Assembly: GCA_963827685.1 (NCBI GenBank)
Contig: CAWHBU010000006.1
Span: forward strand, 192,001 to 256,000
Reading direction: 5' to 3'
Source of the DNA: an uncultured delta proteobacterium
GTDB taxonomy: Bacteria; Desulfobacterota; BSN033; UBA1163
DNA length: 64,000 bases
Positions 19,119 to 29,841 of the stretch are shown piece after piece; positions within the stretch are counted from its first letter, which is position 1, and each line of letters opens with the position of its first letter. The notes beneath the pieces are model-generated. The model had not been told where the DNA came from. It saw nothing but the letters and a program-made list of their open reading frames with translations, and searched no databases. The translations under genes and the position numbers were made by a program.

Positions 19119-19855
19119 TTCTTGTTTCGATCTCCGTCCCAATAGAGAATTCGGTTGCAGTTGGGACACCGGACGAGGGTATTATTTTTTTGAACCTCGA
19201 TGAACATCTGAGGGGGGACGTGTACAAAACAGCCCTGGCAGGTCTCATGCTTCGCGCTGACCACACCCACCCCTTGCCTCTTTTCCTTCAGGGTGTTATA
19301 GAGCTTGAACAGTTTGGATTCGATCTGTTTGGAAAGAACCTCCCTTCGTTCCATCTGTTGGTTCCAGGCCTTCTCGTCATGGGTCATCTTTTCCTGAAGC
19401 TTTTTTCTCTCCCCTTCAATTTTTTCCAAGGTGACCCCCATTTCCTTTTCCCTTTTAGAGAGATCCTTCTTGAGCTCATCGATTTCGTCCATGACCTGGA
19501 GCACTTCCTCTTCTATCCGGCTGTTCGCCTCCTTGATGGCATCGATTTCGCTGAGGAGAGCCTGATACTCTTTGTTGGTCTTTACTTCAGACATTCTTCC
19601 TTCTGCCCGCTTGATTTTTTCTTGCTCTAAATTGAGATGTCCCTCTTTCTGCCTCCGGGCCTTCTCTAAGGATTCGATCTTTTCCTTTTCCTTCTGAATC
19701 CTTTCCTTCTCGATCTTCTGTTTCTCATCCAACTTTTTCATCTCCTTGGGATACCGATCTTTTTCCTCCTTAATACTCTTCAGTTCAAGATCAATTTTTT
19801 GAAGTTCCCAAAGCAGTTCTAATTGCTCCCTCAACCCTTGCCTCCTATCTGCCAA
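19115..19855 (-). CDS. C4-type zinc ribbon coiled-coil protein (DUF164)
   Basis: LQKID, long coiled coil, KTNKEYQAL, CQGC...CPNCNRILY. Confidence 0.9.
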   Translation of the reverse strand: MADRRQGLREQLELLWELQKIDLELKSIKEEKDRYPKEMKKLDEKQKIEKERIQKEKEKIESLEKARRQKEGHLNLEQEKIKRAEGRMSEVKTNKEYQALLSEIDAIKEANSRIEEEVLQVMDEIDELKKDLSKREKEMGVTLEKIEGERKKLQEKMTHDEKAWNQQMERREVLSKQIESKLFKLYNTLKEKRQGVGVVSAKHETCQGCFVHVPPQMFIEVQKNNTLVRCPNCNRILYWDGDRNKK

Positions 19856-19996
19856 ATTCTGTAGGAATAGATCCTAAATGGCTCGTCCCAAATAAAAAGA
19901 GTGCACCCCCTTGGGTGCACTCTTTTTGTCCCGTCCAGACTCACGGAGCATCCTCTCTTTTATCCCCAAGGAGTGCATAAAAACTGTCCTCTCTCC

Positions 19997-20072
19997 TGGT
20001 GGGCCCACCTGGGTTCGAACCAGGGACCTACCGGTTATGAGCCGGTGGCTCTTCCAGCTGAGCTATGGGCCC
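19997..20072 (-). tRNA. tRNA-Ile2 (CAT anticodon, lysidine type)
   Basis: GGGCCCATAGCTCAGCTGGAAGAGCCACCGGCTCATAACCGGTAGGTCCCTGGTTCGAACCCAGGTGGGCCCACCA; typical position downstream of rpoD. Confidence 0.9.
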
Positions 20073-20193
20073 TCCCTTATTATAGGCTATCCCGCAAAGG
20101 TGTCAACCCCAGCTCAAATGCGGATTGCGGATTGTAGATTGCGGAATTTGAATTTAAGTTTTAACTCCGCATTCCGAAACCCGAATTAGAATA

Positions 20194-21990
20194 CTATGTT
20201 TCTAAAAAGCTCTTCAGCTTCTTGGCCCGGCTGGGATGTCGCAATTTCCTTAACGCCTTTGCCTCGATCTGTCGGATTCTCTCCCGGGTGACATCAAAAT
20301 CCTGTCCCACTTCCTCTAGCGTATGATCATATTTTTCTCCAATTCCAAACCGCATCCTCAAAACCTTCTCTTCTCTGGGGGTGAGACTGGCCAGGACTTT
20401 TCGAGTCTGTTCTGATAAATTGGCGCTGATCATTGCTTCCTGGGGAGAGATGACTCCTTTGTCTTCGATGAAATCCCCTAAGTGGCTGTCTTCCTCCTCG
20501 CCGATGGGCGTTTCAAGAGAGATGGGCTCTTTGGCAATCTTCAACACCTTCCTCACCTTATCCAAGGCCATATCCATTTTCTCAGCGATCTCTTCAGGAG
20601 TCGGCTCTCTCCCTATCTCTTGGACGAGGTATCTGGAGGTCCGGATCAATTTATTGATTGTCTCGATCATATGAACGGGGATCCGGATGGTCCGCGCCTG
20701 ATCGGCAATGGCTCGTGTGATCGCTTGCCGGATCCACCAGGTCGCGTAGGTACTAAATTTATAACCTCGTTGGTATTCAAATTTGTCCACGGCTTTCATC
20801 AATCCGATATTGCCTTCTTGAATGAGGTCTAAGAATTGCAGCCCACGATTGGTATATTTTTTGGCAATGGAGACGACCAGTCTTAGGTTCGCCTTCACCA
20901 GTTCACTCTTGGCTTCCTTGGCTTTGGTCTCCCCTTCCACGATAGCCCTCACCGCTGTCGCCAATTTGCCAGCAGTCAGGCCGCATTCCGTTTCCACCTT
21001 GTGGATCTTCTTTTGGACATTCAGGGTCGCTCTGGAAATCTCTTGGAGATCGGCTTTACTCAATTTTCGGGTTCTGAGAAGTTTTTTCTCTGTCAACCTC
21101 CTTGCCCTCAACTTCTTCAGATAGGTCCGCGCCTCCTGGACAGAAATCCCCCATTTGTCTCCAATCTTCTCAATCTCGCTTTCCCCCTTTTGCACCCGGT
21201 TCAGCATCTGTTTCATCTTTTGAATGACCTTATTAATTTGAGTGTCCCTCAGATTCATCTGGTTGAAAAATGCCAGGATCTCTTCTCGTTTCTTTTTAAT
21301 CTCTGTCTGTCTCTTTTTGTTTCCCTTCTGCTGCTGCTTCTTCATCCACTTTTGCTTCTTCTTAACCTGTTTTTGAACCTTCCTCTTCAACAGGGCCTTC
21401 CCTCTCAGGAGCCTCCGAATATCTTCATCTTTTCGCTTCATCTTTTCGATGAGGTCCAGAATCTTTTTCTTCTGGATCTGTTCTTCCTCAAAGCTTGTCT
21501 CCTCTTCATCGATCTCGTTGGTCACTTCCCGGATCTCCACCTTGCCAGCCTTAATCAGGTTACCCAGATTGATTACCTCTTTAACCGCCATGGGACAGTT
21601 CAAGACGACGCTCAGCACTTCTCTCTTACCGCTTTCAATTCTCTTGGCAATCTCCACTTCTCCTTCTCGGGTGAGGAGAGAAACGGATCCCATCTCACGG
21701 AGATACATCCGGACAGGGTCCGTGGCCCTGCCAAAAGTCTCCATTTCCAATTCATCGCCTTCCTCCTCTTCTTTCTCTACGGCCTTCTCTTCCTCCACTT
21801 TCAACCCCTGGAGGTCATCGACCACATCGATGTCCATCTCATCGAACATCATGAGGACATCATCAATCTGATCAGAGGAGACGATATCGTTGGGAGGGAT
21901 ATCACTTGCCTCATCGAAGGTTAGAAATCCCTTCTCCCCTTCCATAGGAACCAATTGCTCAACCTCTTTGATCTTTCCTCCCTTGGCCAT
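20194..21990 (-). CDS. rpoD: RNA polymerase primary sigma factor
   Basis: [57 protein letters not shown]. Confidence 0.98.
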   Translation of the reverse strand: MAKGGKIKEVEQLVPMEGEKGFLTFDEASDIPPNDIVSSDQIDDVLMMFDEMDIDVVDDLQGLKVEEEKAVEKEEEEGDELEMETFGRATDPVRMYLREMGSVSLLTREGEVEIAKRIESGKREVLSVVLNCPMAVKEVINLGNLIKAGKVEIREVTNEIDEEETSFEEEQIQKKKILDLIEKMKRKDEDIRRLLRGKALLKRKVQKQVKKKQKWMKKQQQKGNKKRQTEIKKKREEILAFFNQMNLRDTQINKVIQKMKQMLNRVQKGESEIEKIGDKWGISVQEARTYLKKLRARRLTEKKLLRTRKLSKADLQEISRATLNVQKKIHKVETECGLTAGKLATAVRAIVEGETKAKEAKSELVKANLRLVVSIAKKYTNRGLQFLDLIQEGNIGLMKAVDKFEYQRGYKFSTYATWWIRQAITRAIADQARTIRIPVHMIETINKLIRTSRYLVQEIGREPTPEEIAEKMDMALDKVRKVLKIAKEPISLETPIGEEEDSHLGDFIEDKGVISPQEAMISANLSEQTRKVLASLTPREEKVLRMRFGIGEKYDHTLEEVGQDFDVTRERIRQIEAKALRKLRHPSRAKKLKSFLET

Positions 21991-22001
21991 GAACCCCTCT
22001 C

Positions 22002-23804
22002 CTACCCTTTCCGAAGGCTATCTTTTTGAAGGTCTTTCTCCCTCTTCGCCAGTTCCTGGTGCTCCCTTAAAAGAGGGACGAGCCTTTTCCCCTCTGGTTG
22101 TTTCTCGGCCTCTTTAATTCTCTTGAGCAACTCGCCTTTTTCCTTTTTTAGCCTCTTTTCACGAATCTTTTGGATACAGTCCTGCAAGATCTTTGCTCGA
22201 TCTCCTCCCTCCAGTCCACCTTCCTGAAAGGCAAACTCACACAACCTCCCTTTGAGATCTTCCTCAAAATGGGCTAAGGCTTCCGGCAGATCAAGCCTTC
22301 CTTTTTTCTGATAAAGACCTTCCAGCGCCTCAGCGATGCTTTGTAGGATCGGGCTCTCAAACTCCTTCAGGATACCCTCCTTTGAAATGCCTGGGATGAC
22401 TTCAGGATGGTGAACCATGAGACGAATCACCATTTCTTCTGACTTTGGAAAAGCCCTCTCTGTGGATGCCTTCTTAAAATCCTCTCCCGCCTTGGACGGC
22501 CCCTTGGGGGAGGATTGGAGCATCTCATAAAGAAAGGATTCTTTGACGTCCAGCCTCTCTGCCAAAGCCTTCGCATAAAAATCTCTTCGAATCTTGTCTG
22601 GGATCTTATTGAGAAGGGCCACGCCTTCTTTCGCTATTCTAACCTTGCCGTCGACGGATTTCACATCATAGGTCTTCATCAGTTGTTCAAAAAAGAAATC
22701 AACGAGGGGTACAGCACGCTCGACCCTTTTCCCGAAGTCTTCCAAATTTCCTTTTCTTAGAAACCCATCCGGGTCCTCCCCTTTCGGAAGGACGACCGTC
22801 TTTCCCACCACTTCCTCTTCTAAGAAGAGAGGAAGGGAGCGAAGGGTCGCCTGGACCCCTGCCTGGTCCGCATCAAATAGGGTGATCAAATTTTTTGTAT
22901 ATCGCTTTAGGGTTCGAATATGTTGTGCGGTCAGCGCCGTTCCTAACGTGGCAACACTATGCTTCAATCCATATTGGTGGAGGGTTAACAGATCAAAATA
23001 ACCTTCGACAATGACAACACAATCCTTCTCTGTAGCATAACGCTTGGCCACCTGCAGGCCATAGAGGACCTCTCCTTTATGATAGATACTCGATTCAGGA
23101 GAATTGAGATACTTGGGTTCCCCCTCTCTGATCACCCTTCCCCCGAATCCAACGATCCGTTGATGGAGGTCAAAGATGGGAAAGAGGATCCTCCCTCGAA
23201 AGGCATCGTACCAGCCTTCTCTCTTCTTGGGAAAGATCAAACCCAGTTCCCAGGCCAGCTCGAGAGAAACTTTCTTCTCCTGCAGATGCTGGACCAATCC
23301 ATCCCAGCGGTCGGTGGAATATCCTAACCCATGTTCCCCAATGATCTCCTGGCTGATCCCCCTTTGGGATAAATACTTCCTACCCAGTTCGCCCTCTCGC
23401 CGCTTCGCCAAGAGATCGCCAAAATATTCTGAGGCGATCTGATTGATCTGGAAGAGGACCTCTCGCTTCGCCATCTCCTTCTTTTGGGTTGCAGAAAGTT
23501 CACGGGCAGGGAGCTTTACGCCATAGCGTTTTGCCAATTCCTCCACGGCCTGTGGAAAAGAAAAATGCCCCGCCTTCATTAAAAAGGTGAAGACATCTCC
23601 TCCTTCCCCGCAACCGAAACAGTGGAAGATTTGCTTTTCCTCATTGATCATAAAGGAGGGGGTCTTTTCGGAATGGAATGGACAGAGTCCCTTATAGTTC
23701 TTCCCCGTCTTTTTAAGGGCCACATAATCCGAGACCACTTCCAAAATGCTGGACCGGTCCCGAATTTCCGAAACCTTTTCTTCGGATAAAAATCCCGTAG
23801 CCAA
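22002..23804 (-). CDS. dnaG: DNA primase
   Basis: [15 protein letters not shown] zinc finger, [25 protein letters not shown]. Confidence 0.97.
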   Translation of the reverse strand: MATGFLSEEKVSEIRDRSSILEVVSDYVALKKTGKNYKGLCPFHSEKTPSFMINEEKQIFHCFGCGEGGDVFTFLMKAGHFSFPQAVEELAKRYGVKLPARELSATQKKEMAKREVLFQINQIASEYFGDLLAKRREGELGRKYLSQRGISQEIIGEHGLGYSTDRWDGLVQHLQEKKVSLELAWELGLIFPKKREGWYDAFRGRILFPIFDLHQRIVGFGGRVIREGEPKYLNSPESSIYHKGEVLYGLQVAKRYATEKDCVVIVEGYFDLLTLHQYGLKHSVATLGTALTAQHIRTLKRYTKNLITLFDADQAGVQATLRSLPLFLEEEVVGKTVVLPKGEDPDGFLRKGNLEDFGKRVERAVPLVDFFFEQLMKTYDVKSVDGKVRIAKEGVALLNKIPDKIRRDFYAKALAERLDVKESFLYEMLQSSPKGPSKAGEDFKKASTERAFPKSEEMVIRLMVHHPEVIPGISKEGILKEFESPILQSIAEALEGLYQKKGRLDLPEALAHFEEDLKGRLCEFAFQEGGLEGGDRAKILQDCIQKIREKRLKKEKGELLKRIKEAEKQPEGKRLVPLLREHQELAKREKDLQKDSLRKG

Positions 23805-23833
23805 ACGATTTCTCCCCTAAGAAAGTCCTGCCA

Positions 23834-24015
23834 TTTACCCCGTTAGAAAGGCCCTCCATGTATCACGAGGATGACATGAATAAAGATTCAATTCCTTGCC
23901 CCGGTAAAAAAACCACGTATTTTCTAACGGGGTTAATGGAGGGGATAATATAATAAAATGTTTCAGCTTCTTATTGAGGAAGAGGTCGAAACCCTGCTCC
24001 TTCTAACGGGGTTTA
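23834..24015. repeat. ACCCCGTTAGAAA / TTTCTAACGGGGT inverted-repeat element plus a third half-site
   Basis: Copies at 23834-23849, 23921-23936 and 24001-24015 (the last overlaps the mutS2 stop). Confidence 0.75.
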
Positions 24016-26361
24016 CCTCAATTCCACGATCGTGATCCCACGACCACCTTTCAGCGTCTCCCCAGGAGAACAACTCTTAACAGCCCGATGTCCCTTCAGG
24101 TATCGACCGATTGCATTTCGCAACCTCCCGGAACCCACTCCATGGATAATTTGGACTTTCTCCAATCCATGGAGAAGGGCTTGATCGATAAATTTATCAA
24201 CCTTGGGAAGGGCATCCTCTACGGTCAGACCGATGACATTTAATTCAGAAGAGGGCTCCTCGCCAACCCCTTTCAAAAAGGGCTGCCCGTTCTGAATCCC
24301 TCTCTCTTTTTTCTTTTCCCCGTCCGTCATCTGAATAATCTCAGAGAGAGGGGCTTTCACTTTGGCTCTGTCCGTCAACACCTCCGCTCGATTCAACGGT
24401 TTGACGACATTCGTCAGAATCCCATCGCTCCGAAGGCTCTCAATTCTAACACGCTCCCCCACCTTCAAGCCACCCGGGATCGCAGAGCGTCCTTTTCTTC
24501 TGAGGGGTGGGAAAAATTTCTCTTTGATCTCCTGGAGTTCTTTACGCTGAAGGCCGAGAGGGGGTTCCTCTTTCCTGCGACGAACCCATTCTTTCAACTC
24601 CTCCTCAATCTTCTGGACCGCCTTTCTTGCCTTCTCTTCAGCCTTGGAATAAATTTCCAGTCTCCTCTCCTTGATTGTCTCCAGTATTTTTTTCAGTCTC
24701 TGCTGTTCAAGCCCAACCTCCTCCTTCATCTTGGACGCTTGCAGCTTTTCTCTTTCCGCATCCCTCTTCAACCTCTCCAAGGTCTCTAAAGCGCGGGCTA
24801 CTTCTTCACCGCTTCCATCTTGATAAGTATGGGCTGCTTCGAGGACCTTTTCTGAAATCCCCAGTTTCTCAGCAATGAGAAAGGCATTGCTCACCCCTGA
24901 CGTTCCATAGGTAAGTGTATACTTGGGCTCCAAGGTCTCCTCATCAAACTCAACCGCCACATTCTCCGCATCTGGATGAAGGTAGCCATAGGCTTTAAGC
25001 CGATCGAAGTGAGTGGTGACCACCACCGAGGCCCCGCTCTCTCGGAATCGATCCAAAAAGCCCATGGCCAGCGCGCATCCCTCTTGGGCGTGGGTTCCCA
25101 CTCCCAGTTCATCCAAAAGGACGAGGGAATGGGGCCCTGCTTTTTCTAAGATTTGACTCACATGGAGGAGATGACTGGAGAAGGTGCTCAGATTTTCTTC
25201 GATATTCTGTTCGTCGCCGATCACTGCAAAGATGTCTTGGAAGATCCCAACCCGGCTTCCCTCTGCGACAGGGATGGGGAGGCCGGACTGTACCATTAAG
25301 GTGAGAAGTCCCAATGTCTTCAGAGCCACCGTCTTCCCACCTGCATTCGCTCCGCTCACAATGAGAACCCTCTTCCCATCTCCCATGCGGAGGTGGATGG
25401 GAACCACCTGATCTTCACGTTGAAGCGTGAGGAGAGGATTTCGAGCTTCCCTCATCTCAATCCTGCTCTCCTCATTCAAGAGAGGGCAAACCCCTTTCAA
25501 GCGGAGGGAGAGATTTGCCATTGCAAAGAGAAGATCCAGTTCACCCAAACTTTCAAAGTCGTTCCATAGGTTCTGCCTTTCCTCTCGAATTTTATCCGAA
25601 AGATCTGCCAGAATTCGATATTCTTCCTCTTTCTCCTCTCCCATGAGGATATTGATCTCGTTGTTAAGAGCCACGGCTTGAAGGGGTTCGAAGAAGAAGG
25701 TCATCCGGCTTTGGGACTGATCATGGATGATCCCTTCCAGCCGATTTTCAGAATCGGATTTGATCAGAACAACGTATCGTCCGTTTCTTAAAGTAATAAA
25801 CTGTTCCTGAAAGATGGACTGAAGATTTTCTTGATGGAGAAGGGATTCGAGCACTCCCTTCGCCCTTTCTCTAACCCCTCCCAGCCGGTGGCGGATATCC
25901 AAAAGGGCTGGGCTGGCTCGGTCGAGAATCTCACCTTTTGTATTGATCGCCTGAAGGATCTCCTTCTCCAATGCCTTTTGGTTAGAAAGCCTGGAGATCT
26001 TTTCCTGAAGATGAGGAACTTTAGGAGGCTCCAGCTTTTGGAAGAATCGCCTGAGGCCTTTGCACAATACCATCTGATGATAGAGATCCAATAATTCCTG
26101 AACATCGAGAGTGGATCCCTCGACTTCTAATTTATTTAGAATTCCCCCAATATCTTTCAACCCTCTCAAGGGAATTTCTCCCTCTGTTTCAAGGATTTTT
26201 TTAAGCTCCATCACGACAGCCAATCGGGATTGAATCAAAGGAAGGTCTCTGGAAGGTCTCAAGGCCTCGCAGCGTTTTCGGCCTAAGGAGGAGATAGAAT
26301 ACTCTTTCAAGATATCTAATAGATGATAAAACTCTAAAAGCTTGAGGGAACGATCATCCAT
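24013..26361 (-). CDS. mutS2: Endonuclease MutS2 (ribosome collision sensor type) with Smr domain
   Basis: SGANAGGKT Walker A, IGDEQ, LSTFSSH, LLDELG.GT, IIHGVGSGRLR. Confidence 0.95.
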   Translation of the reverse strand: MDDRSLKLLEFYHLLDILKEYSISSLGRKRCEALRPSRDLPLIQSRLAVVMELKKILETEGEIPLRGLKDIGGILNKLEVEGSTLDVQELLDLYHQMVLCKGLRRFFQKLEPPKVPHLQEKISRLSNQKALEKEILQAINTKGEILDRASPALLDIRHRLGGVRERAKGVLESLLHQENLQSIFQEQFITLRNGRYVVLIKSDSENRLEGIIHDQSQSRMTFFFEPLQAVALNNEINILMGEEKEEEYRILADLSDKIREERQNLWNDFESLGELDLLFAMANLSLRLKGVCPLLNEESRIEMREARNPLLTLQREDQVVPIHLRMGDGKRVLIVSGANAGGKTVALKTLGLLTLMVQSGLPIPVAEGSRVGIFQDIFAVIGDEQNIEENLSTFSSHLLHVSQILEKAGPHSLVLLDELGVGTHAQEGCALAMGFLDRFRESGASVVVTTHFDRLKAYGYLHPDAENVAVEFDEETLEPKYTLTYGTSGVSNAFLIAEKLGISEKVLEAAHTYQDGSGEEVARALETLERLKRDAEREKLQASKMKEEVGLEQQRLKKILETIKERRLEIYSKAEEKARKAVQKIEEELKEWVRRRKEEPPLGLQRKELQEIKEKFFPPLRRKGRSAIPGGLKVGERVRIESLRSDGILTNVVKPLNRAEVLTDRAKVKAPLSEIIQMTDGEKKKERGIQNGQPFLKGVGEEPSSELNVIGLTVEDALPKVDKFIDQALLHGLEKVQIIHGVGSGRLRNAIGRYLKGHRAVKSCSPGETLKGGRGITIVELR

Positions 26362-26412
26362 AGAGCATAAAGCGTGAAAAAAGGAATTGGACTACCTATC
26401 GAGAGGGGGAAT

Positions 26413-26859
26413 TTATGGGGAAAGCCTTTCTTTCACCAATTGATTAATCAGTCTTCCATCGGCTTTCCCCCCAATTTTGGGCATGACTGATTTCATCACT
26501 TTTCCTATGTCCTTGGGGGATGAAGCTTGGGTCTCTTGAATGCTTTGATCAATGATATTTAATATCTCTTCCTGGCTAAGGGGTTGAGGTAAAAAAGATT
26601 TTAGTATTTCTATCTCCTTTTTCTCCTTCTCGACAAGGTCCACCCGTCCACCTGTCTGAAATTGTTCAACAGACTCTTCACCCTTTCTCATCATCACCTG
26701 AATCACCTTTATCACCTCTTCATCCTCCAATTTCTTTCTCAGTTCAATCTCCTTATTTTTCACCGCTGAACGAATCATCCGGATGGTGGAAAGGCGCAAT
26801 TTGTCATTGGATTTCATGGCTCGTTTCATTTCCTCGACCAGCTTCTCTTCCAAGCTCAT
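26413..26859 (-). CDS. yqeY: GatB/YqeY domain protein
   Basis: AMKS.DKLRLSTIRMI, FLPQPLS, DIGKVM, GKADG. Confidence 0.92.
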   Translation of the reverse strand: MSLEEKLVEEMKRAMKSNDKLRLSTIRMIRSAVKNKEIELRKKLEDEEVIKVIQVMMRKGEESVEQFQTGGRVDLVEKEKKEIEILKSFLPQPLSQEEILNIIDQSIQETQASSPKDIGKVMKSVMPKIGGKADGRLINQLVKERLSP

Positions 26860-26862
26860 CCT

Positions 26863-27066
26863 TTATCCCCTCTCCGTCATTTTCCTCATTCTTTTCATTG
26901 CCCTTTTCTTGGCGGCCAATGCTTTCTTCTTTCGCTTTATGCTGGGTTTCTCGAAATGCTCCCTTTTCCGAACCTCCGACAATATCCCTGTTTTTTCTAC
27001 CTGTTTTTTAAACCGCCTGAGTGCACTTTCAAAAGATTCGTTCTCCTTAATCTTAATCCCTGGCAT
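26863..27066 (-). CDS. rpsU: 30S ribosomal protein S21
   Basis: [35 protein letters not shown]. Confidence 0.97.
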   Translation of the reverse strand: MPGIKIKENESFESALRRFKKQVEKTGILSEVRKREHFEKPSIKRKKKALAAKKRAMKRMRKMTERG

Positions 27067-27106
27067 CCATCTTCCCCCTCCTTTCACGAAGGATTTTAAA
27101 CATGTA

Positions 27107-27134
27107 ATTATATTATTTCATGTTATAAAGTCAA
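27107..27134 (-). promoter_or_regulatory. Sigma-70 promoter of rpsU operon
   Basis: TTGACT-16 nt-TATAAT about 40 nt upstream of the rpsU ATG. Confidence 0.65.
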
Positions 27135-27150
27135 CTATTTTTATCGCTTC

Positions 27151-28580
27151 TGTCAAGCCAAAATAGAAATGTCCTCTTCTTACCAAAATAGAAATGTCCT
27201 ATTCTTCAGATTTGAGATTCTAAGAGTTTTTCTCTGTTATAGGGATGTTTCCTAATCTTGAACTTCCTCCAAGGATGATCAGCCGGAGGAATGTAAGTCT
27301 TCCTCCTTCTCACAATAGCCGGCTGTTTCTTCTCTCTTAGTGGTCTCTCAGTGATCTCTTTAAATCTCAAAGCTCGACCTTTATGGGTCATGACCATTGA
27401 TCCGTCGATTCGATCCTGAACCATCACCTTGGAGGCCTTGATCGTATCCTCAACCTGATAGAGCTTCCTGTTATGAGCCACCGTAAAGTCATTTCTCAGT
27501 GCTCGCTCTGTCTTAATGCATAAGATCGCATCCAGATCCACCCCCTTAGGTAAGGGCCTGTGGAAATCGTCTTTCTCCTGGGGCCAAACAGAGAACCTCT
27601 TGTTATAGAGAGGAAGATATTCCTCTAAGAACTGATTGCCTTCCTCAATCGTCCTGATCCCTCTTAAACGCATCTCCTTGACCAGCCTGTCCTGAAGGGT
27701 CCGAAAGAGTCGTTCAATCCGCCCCTTGGCCTGCGGCGAATGGGCATGACTGACCTCTACCCCCAACTCTTTTAAGGCCCTCTCAAACTCACTTAACGGC
27801 CCCACGTCATTTAACTCGTCCTCGATCGTTGGCTTGGCCGTCGACTTATAGGTCGAATGCTTATCCAAATACACCTTCATCGGTAAACCGTTTTTCTTGA
27901 TATAACGCTTGAAGCTATCCATCGCCGGGATCGTCCCCTCATACTCATAGAACCTCCCAAAGGCTTCCCCGGTAGCATCGTCAATATAGCTCATCAGAAC
28001 ACAGGGGCCACCTCTGTCCTCAAACCAAGCGTGATGGGACCCGTCCATCTGTACCATCTCGCCGTAATGATGCTTCCGCTCCCTCCACTGACGATGCCTC
28101 CCTCTCTTGCGGCTCTTCTTCCAATCCCCCGCCTCGATGAGCCACCTCCGTAAGGTCTCATCACTGATCTCTATCCTACCCCTTTCCAGAAGCTTCTCCG
28201 AGGCCAGGGTCGGCCCAAAACCCTTGTACTGTGCCCGGTAAAGTCGGATCACCCTGTCCTTAATCTTATAGGGTATCCTCCGGTTTGATGGCCTCCCTCT
28301 CGATTTGTGTATGACTCCCCTGTTCCCTTCATTCCTGATCCGCTTCACGATCCTCCGAATTTGCCTACCACTCAAGGAAAGAATCTCTGCTGCCTCTACC
28401 CGCTTGATGACCCTCTCCAGGACCTTCTGGATGACATGTAACCGCTTTAACTCTCCCTGACGTACCATGATCATGTCCTCTCCTGCCATCATGCCCTCCT
28501 CTGAAAAAGGGCATCTTAGCATGTCGAAAAGAGGACATTTCTAAATTGGTCAATTAGGACATTATCATTTTGGGATTACA
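27151..28580 (-). mobile_element. Complete IS1202-family (ISNCY) insertion sequence with 16-bp target duplication
   Basis: TGT...ACA ends, repeated AAATGTCCT sub-terminal boxes at both ends, DR CTATTTTTATCGCTTC at 27135-27150 and 28581-28596. Confidence 0.92.
27206..28492 (-). CDS. IS1202/ISNCY DDE transposase
   Basis: FGPTLASEKL, GEMVQMDGSHHAWFE, IDDATG, YLDKHS, SPQAKGRIERLFRTLQDRL, PPADHPWR. Confidence 0.93.
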   Translation of the reverse strand: MMAGEDMIMVRQGELKRLHVIQKVLERVIKRVEAAEILSLSGRQIRRIVKRIRNEGNRGVIHKSRGRPSNRRIPYKIKDRVIRLYRAQYKGFGPTLASEKLLERGRIEISDETLRRWLIEAGDWKKSRKRGRHRQWRERKHHYGEMVQMDGSHHAWFEDRGGPCVLMSYIDDATGEAFGRFYEYEGTIPAMDSFKRYIKKNGLPMKVYLDKHSTYKSTAKPTIEDELNDVGPLSEFERALKELGVEVSHAHSPQAKGRIERLFRTLQDRLVKEMRLRGIRTIEEGNQFLEEYLPLYNKRFSVWPQEKDDFHRPLPKGVDLDAILCIKTERALRNDFTVAHNRKLYQVEDTIKASKVMVQDRIDGSMVMTHKGRALRFKEITERPLREKKQPAIVRRRKTYIPPADHPWRKFKIRKHPYNREKLLESQI

Positions 28581-28685
28581 CTATTTTTATCGCTTCTCTA
28601 CTTTCCCCTTGACAAAGGACTCCGACTCTTTTAACGTCTCAACTTATACAACAATCTTGCCTGTTCCTCATACGAAGCAACCAAA

Positions 28686-29825
28686 ATGAAGGACGTAGAA
28701 AAAGAGAGATTGATGATCAGAACGGCTGCCGAGAAAACTGCCCAAAGGATTGTCCAGCCCCGGGCGGCAAAGATCGATATCACTGGAGAATTTCCCCGTG
28801 ATTTAGTAGAAGCCTTTGGTAGACAGGGTTATCTCTCCCTTCTGCTCCCTGAATCCTATGGTGGAACCGAAGGAGACCTGACCTCATTCTGTATTGTCAT
28901 CGAAGAGATTGCAAAGGTTTGTGGTTCCTCATCCCTTATCATCCTGGCCCAAGGGCTCGGCATCCTACCCATTCTATTAGGTGGCAATTCTTTTCAAAAA
29001 AATCTCTATTTCACAGAGATTTCTGAGAAGAACAGCCTCACCGCCTTTGCGCTCAAAGAACCGGGAGGAGAATTAGAAGCTTCTTCTATCAGGACGATAG
29101 CTGAAAAACAAGGGAAGGATTACCTGATCAACGGGCGTAAATGTTTCATTACTCATGGGAGTCTGGCCAAATTTTACTCTGTCTTCGTAGTGACCCGGCC
29201 AGAACGTGGAGCAGAAGGAATTTCTGCTTTCGTCGTGGAAGATGGAACATCTGGCCTCCTTTTCGGCAAGAGGGAGGAAAAGATCGGGATGAGGGGTTCC
29301 GTGACAACAGATGTGATCTTTGAAAACTGTCGAATAGCTCAAGAAAACCGCCTCGGAGACGAAGGAGAGGGTTGGAAGATCGCGATGAATACACTCAACA
29401 TGTCGAGACCAGCCATTGGAGCGCAGGCAGTAGGCATTGCTCAAGGAGCCCTTGACTTCGCCATTCACTATGCCAACGAACGGATCCAGTTTGGGAAACC
29501 CATTTCGTCATTTCAAGCCATTCAATTTATGATCGCGGATATGGCCACCCGAGTGGAAGCTGCTCGAGCCCTGGTCTACAAGGCAGCCGCTCAGATCGAT
29601 GAAAAACTTGAAGAGACAGAAAAACTCTCAGCGATCTCAAAATACTTTGCCTCCGATATCGCCATGGAAGTGACCACCGACGCCGTTCAGATCCTCGGAG
29701 GTTATGGATATATGAAAGATTATCCTGTGGAGCGGATGATGCGGGATGCCAAGGTCACCCAGATTTATGAAGAACCCAATCAGATTCAACGCTGGATGGT
29801 GGCCCAACAGTTACTAAAAGATTAA
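28686..29825 (+). CDS. Acyl-CoA dehydrogenase family protein (divergent motifs)
   Basis: INGRKCFIT, EEKIGMRGS, ERIQFGKPI.SFQAIQF, QILGGYGY, ERMMRDAKVTQIYE. Confidence 0.9.
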   Translation: MKDVEKERLMIRTAAEKTAQRIVQPRAAKIDITGEFPRDLVEAFGRQGYLSLLLPESYGGTEGDLTSFCIVIEEIAKVCGSSSLIILAQGLGILPILLGGNSFQKNLYFTEISEKNSLTAFALKEPGGELEASSIRTIAEKQGKDYLINGRKCFITHGSLAKFYSVFVVTRPERGAEGISAFVVEDGTSGLLFGKREEKIGMRGSVTTDVIFENCRIAQENRLGDEGEGWKIAMNTLNMSRPAIGAQAVGIAQGALDFAIHYANERIQFGKPISSFQAIQFMIADMATRVEAARALVYKAAAQIDEKLEETEKLSAISKYFASDIAMEVTTDAVQILGGYGYMKDYPVERMMRDAKVTQIYEEPNQIQRWMVAQQLLKD

Positions 29826-29841
29826 ATCCCTTGAGGCGGAA

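Noticed and set aside
19997-20072. tRNA-Met assignment from the CAT anticodon
   Set aside because: GGGCCC acceptor stem, CCGGCTCATAACCGG arm and position after rpoD fit tRNA-Ile2; no initiator features
21001-21924. 307-aa plus-strand ORF (also 48118-48978 and similar)
   Set aside because: Antisense shadows of rpoD, htrA and other well-supported genes
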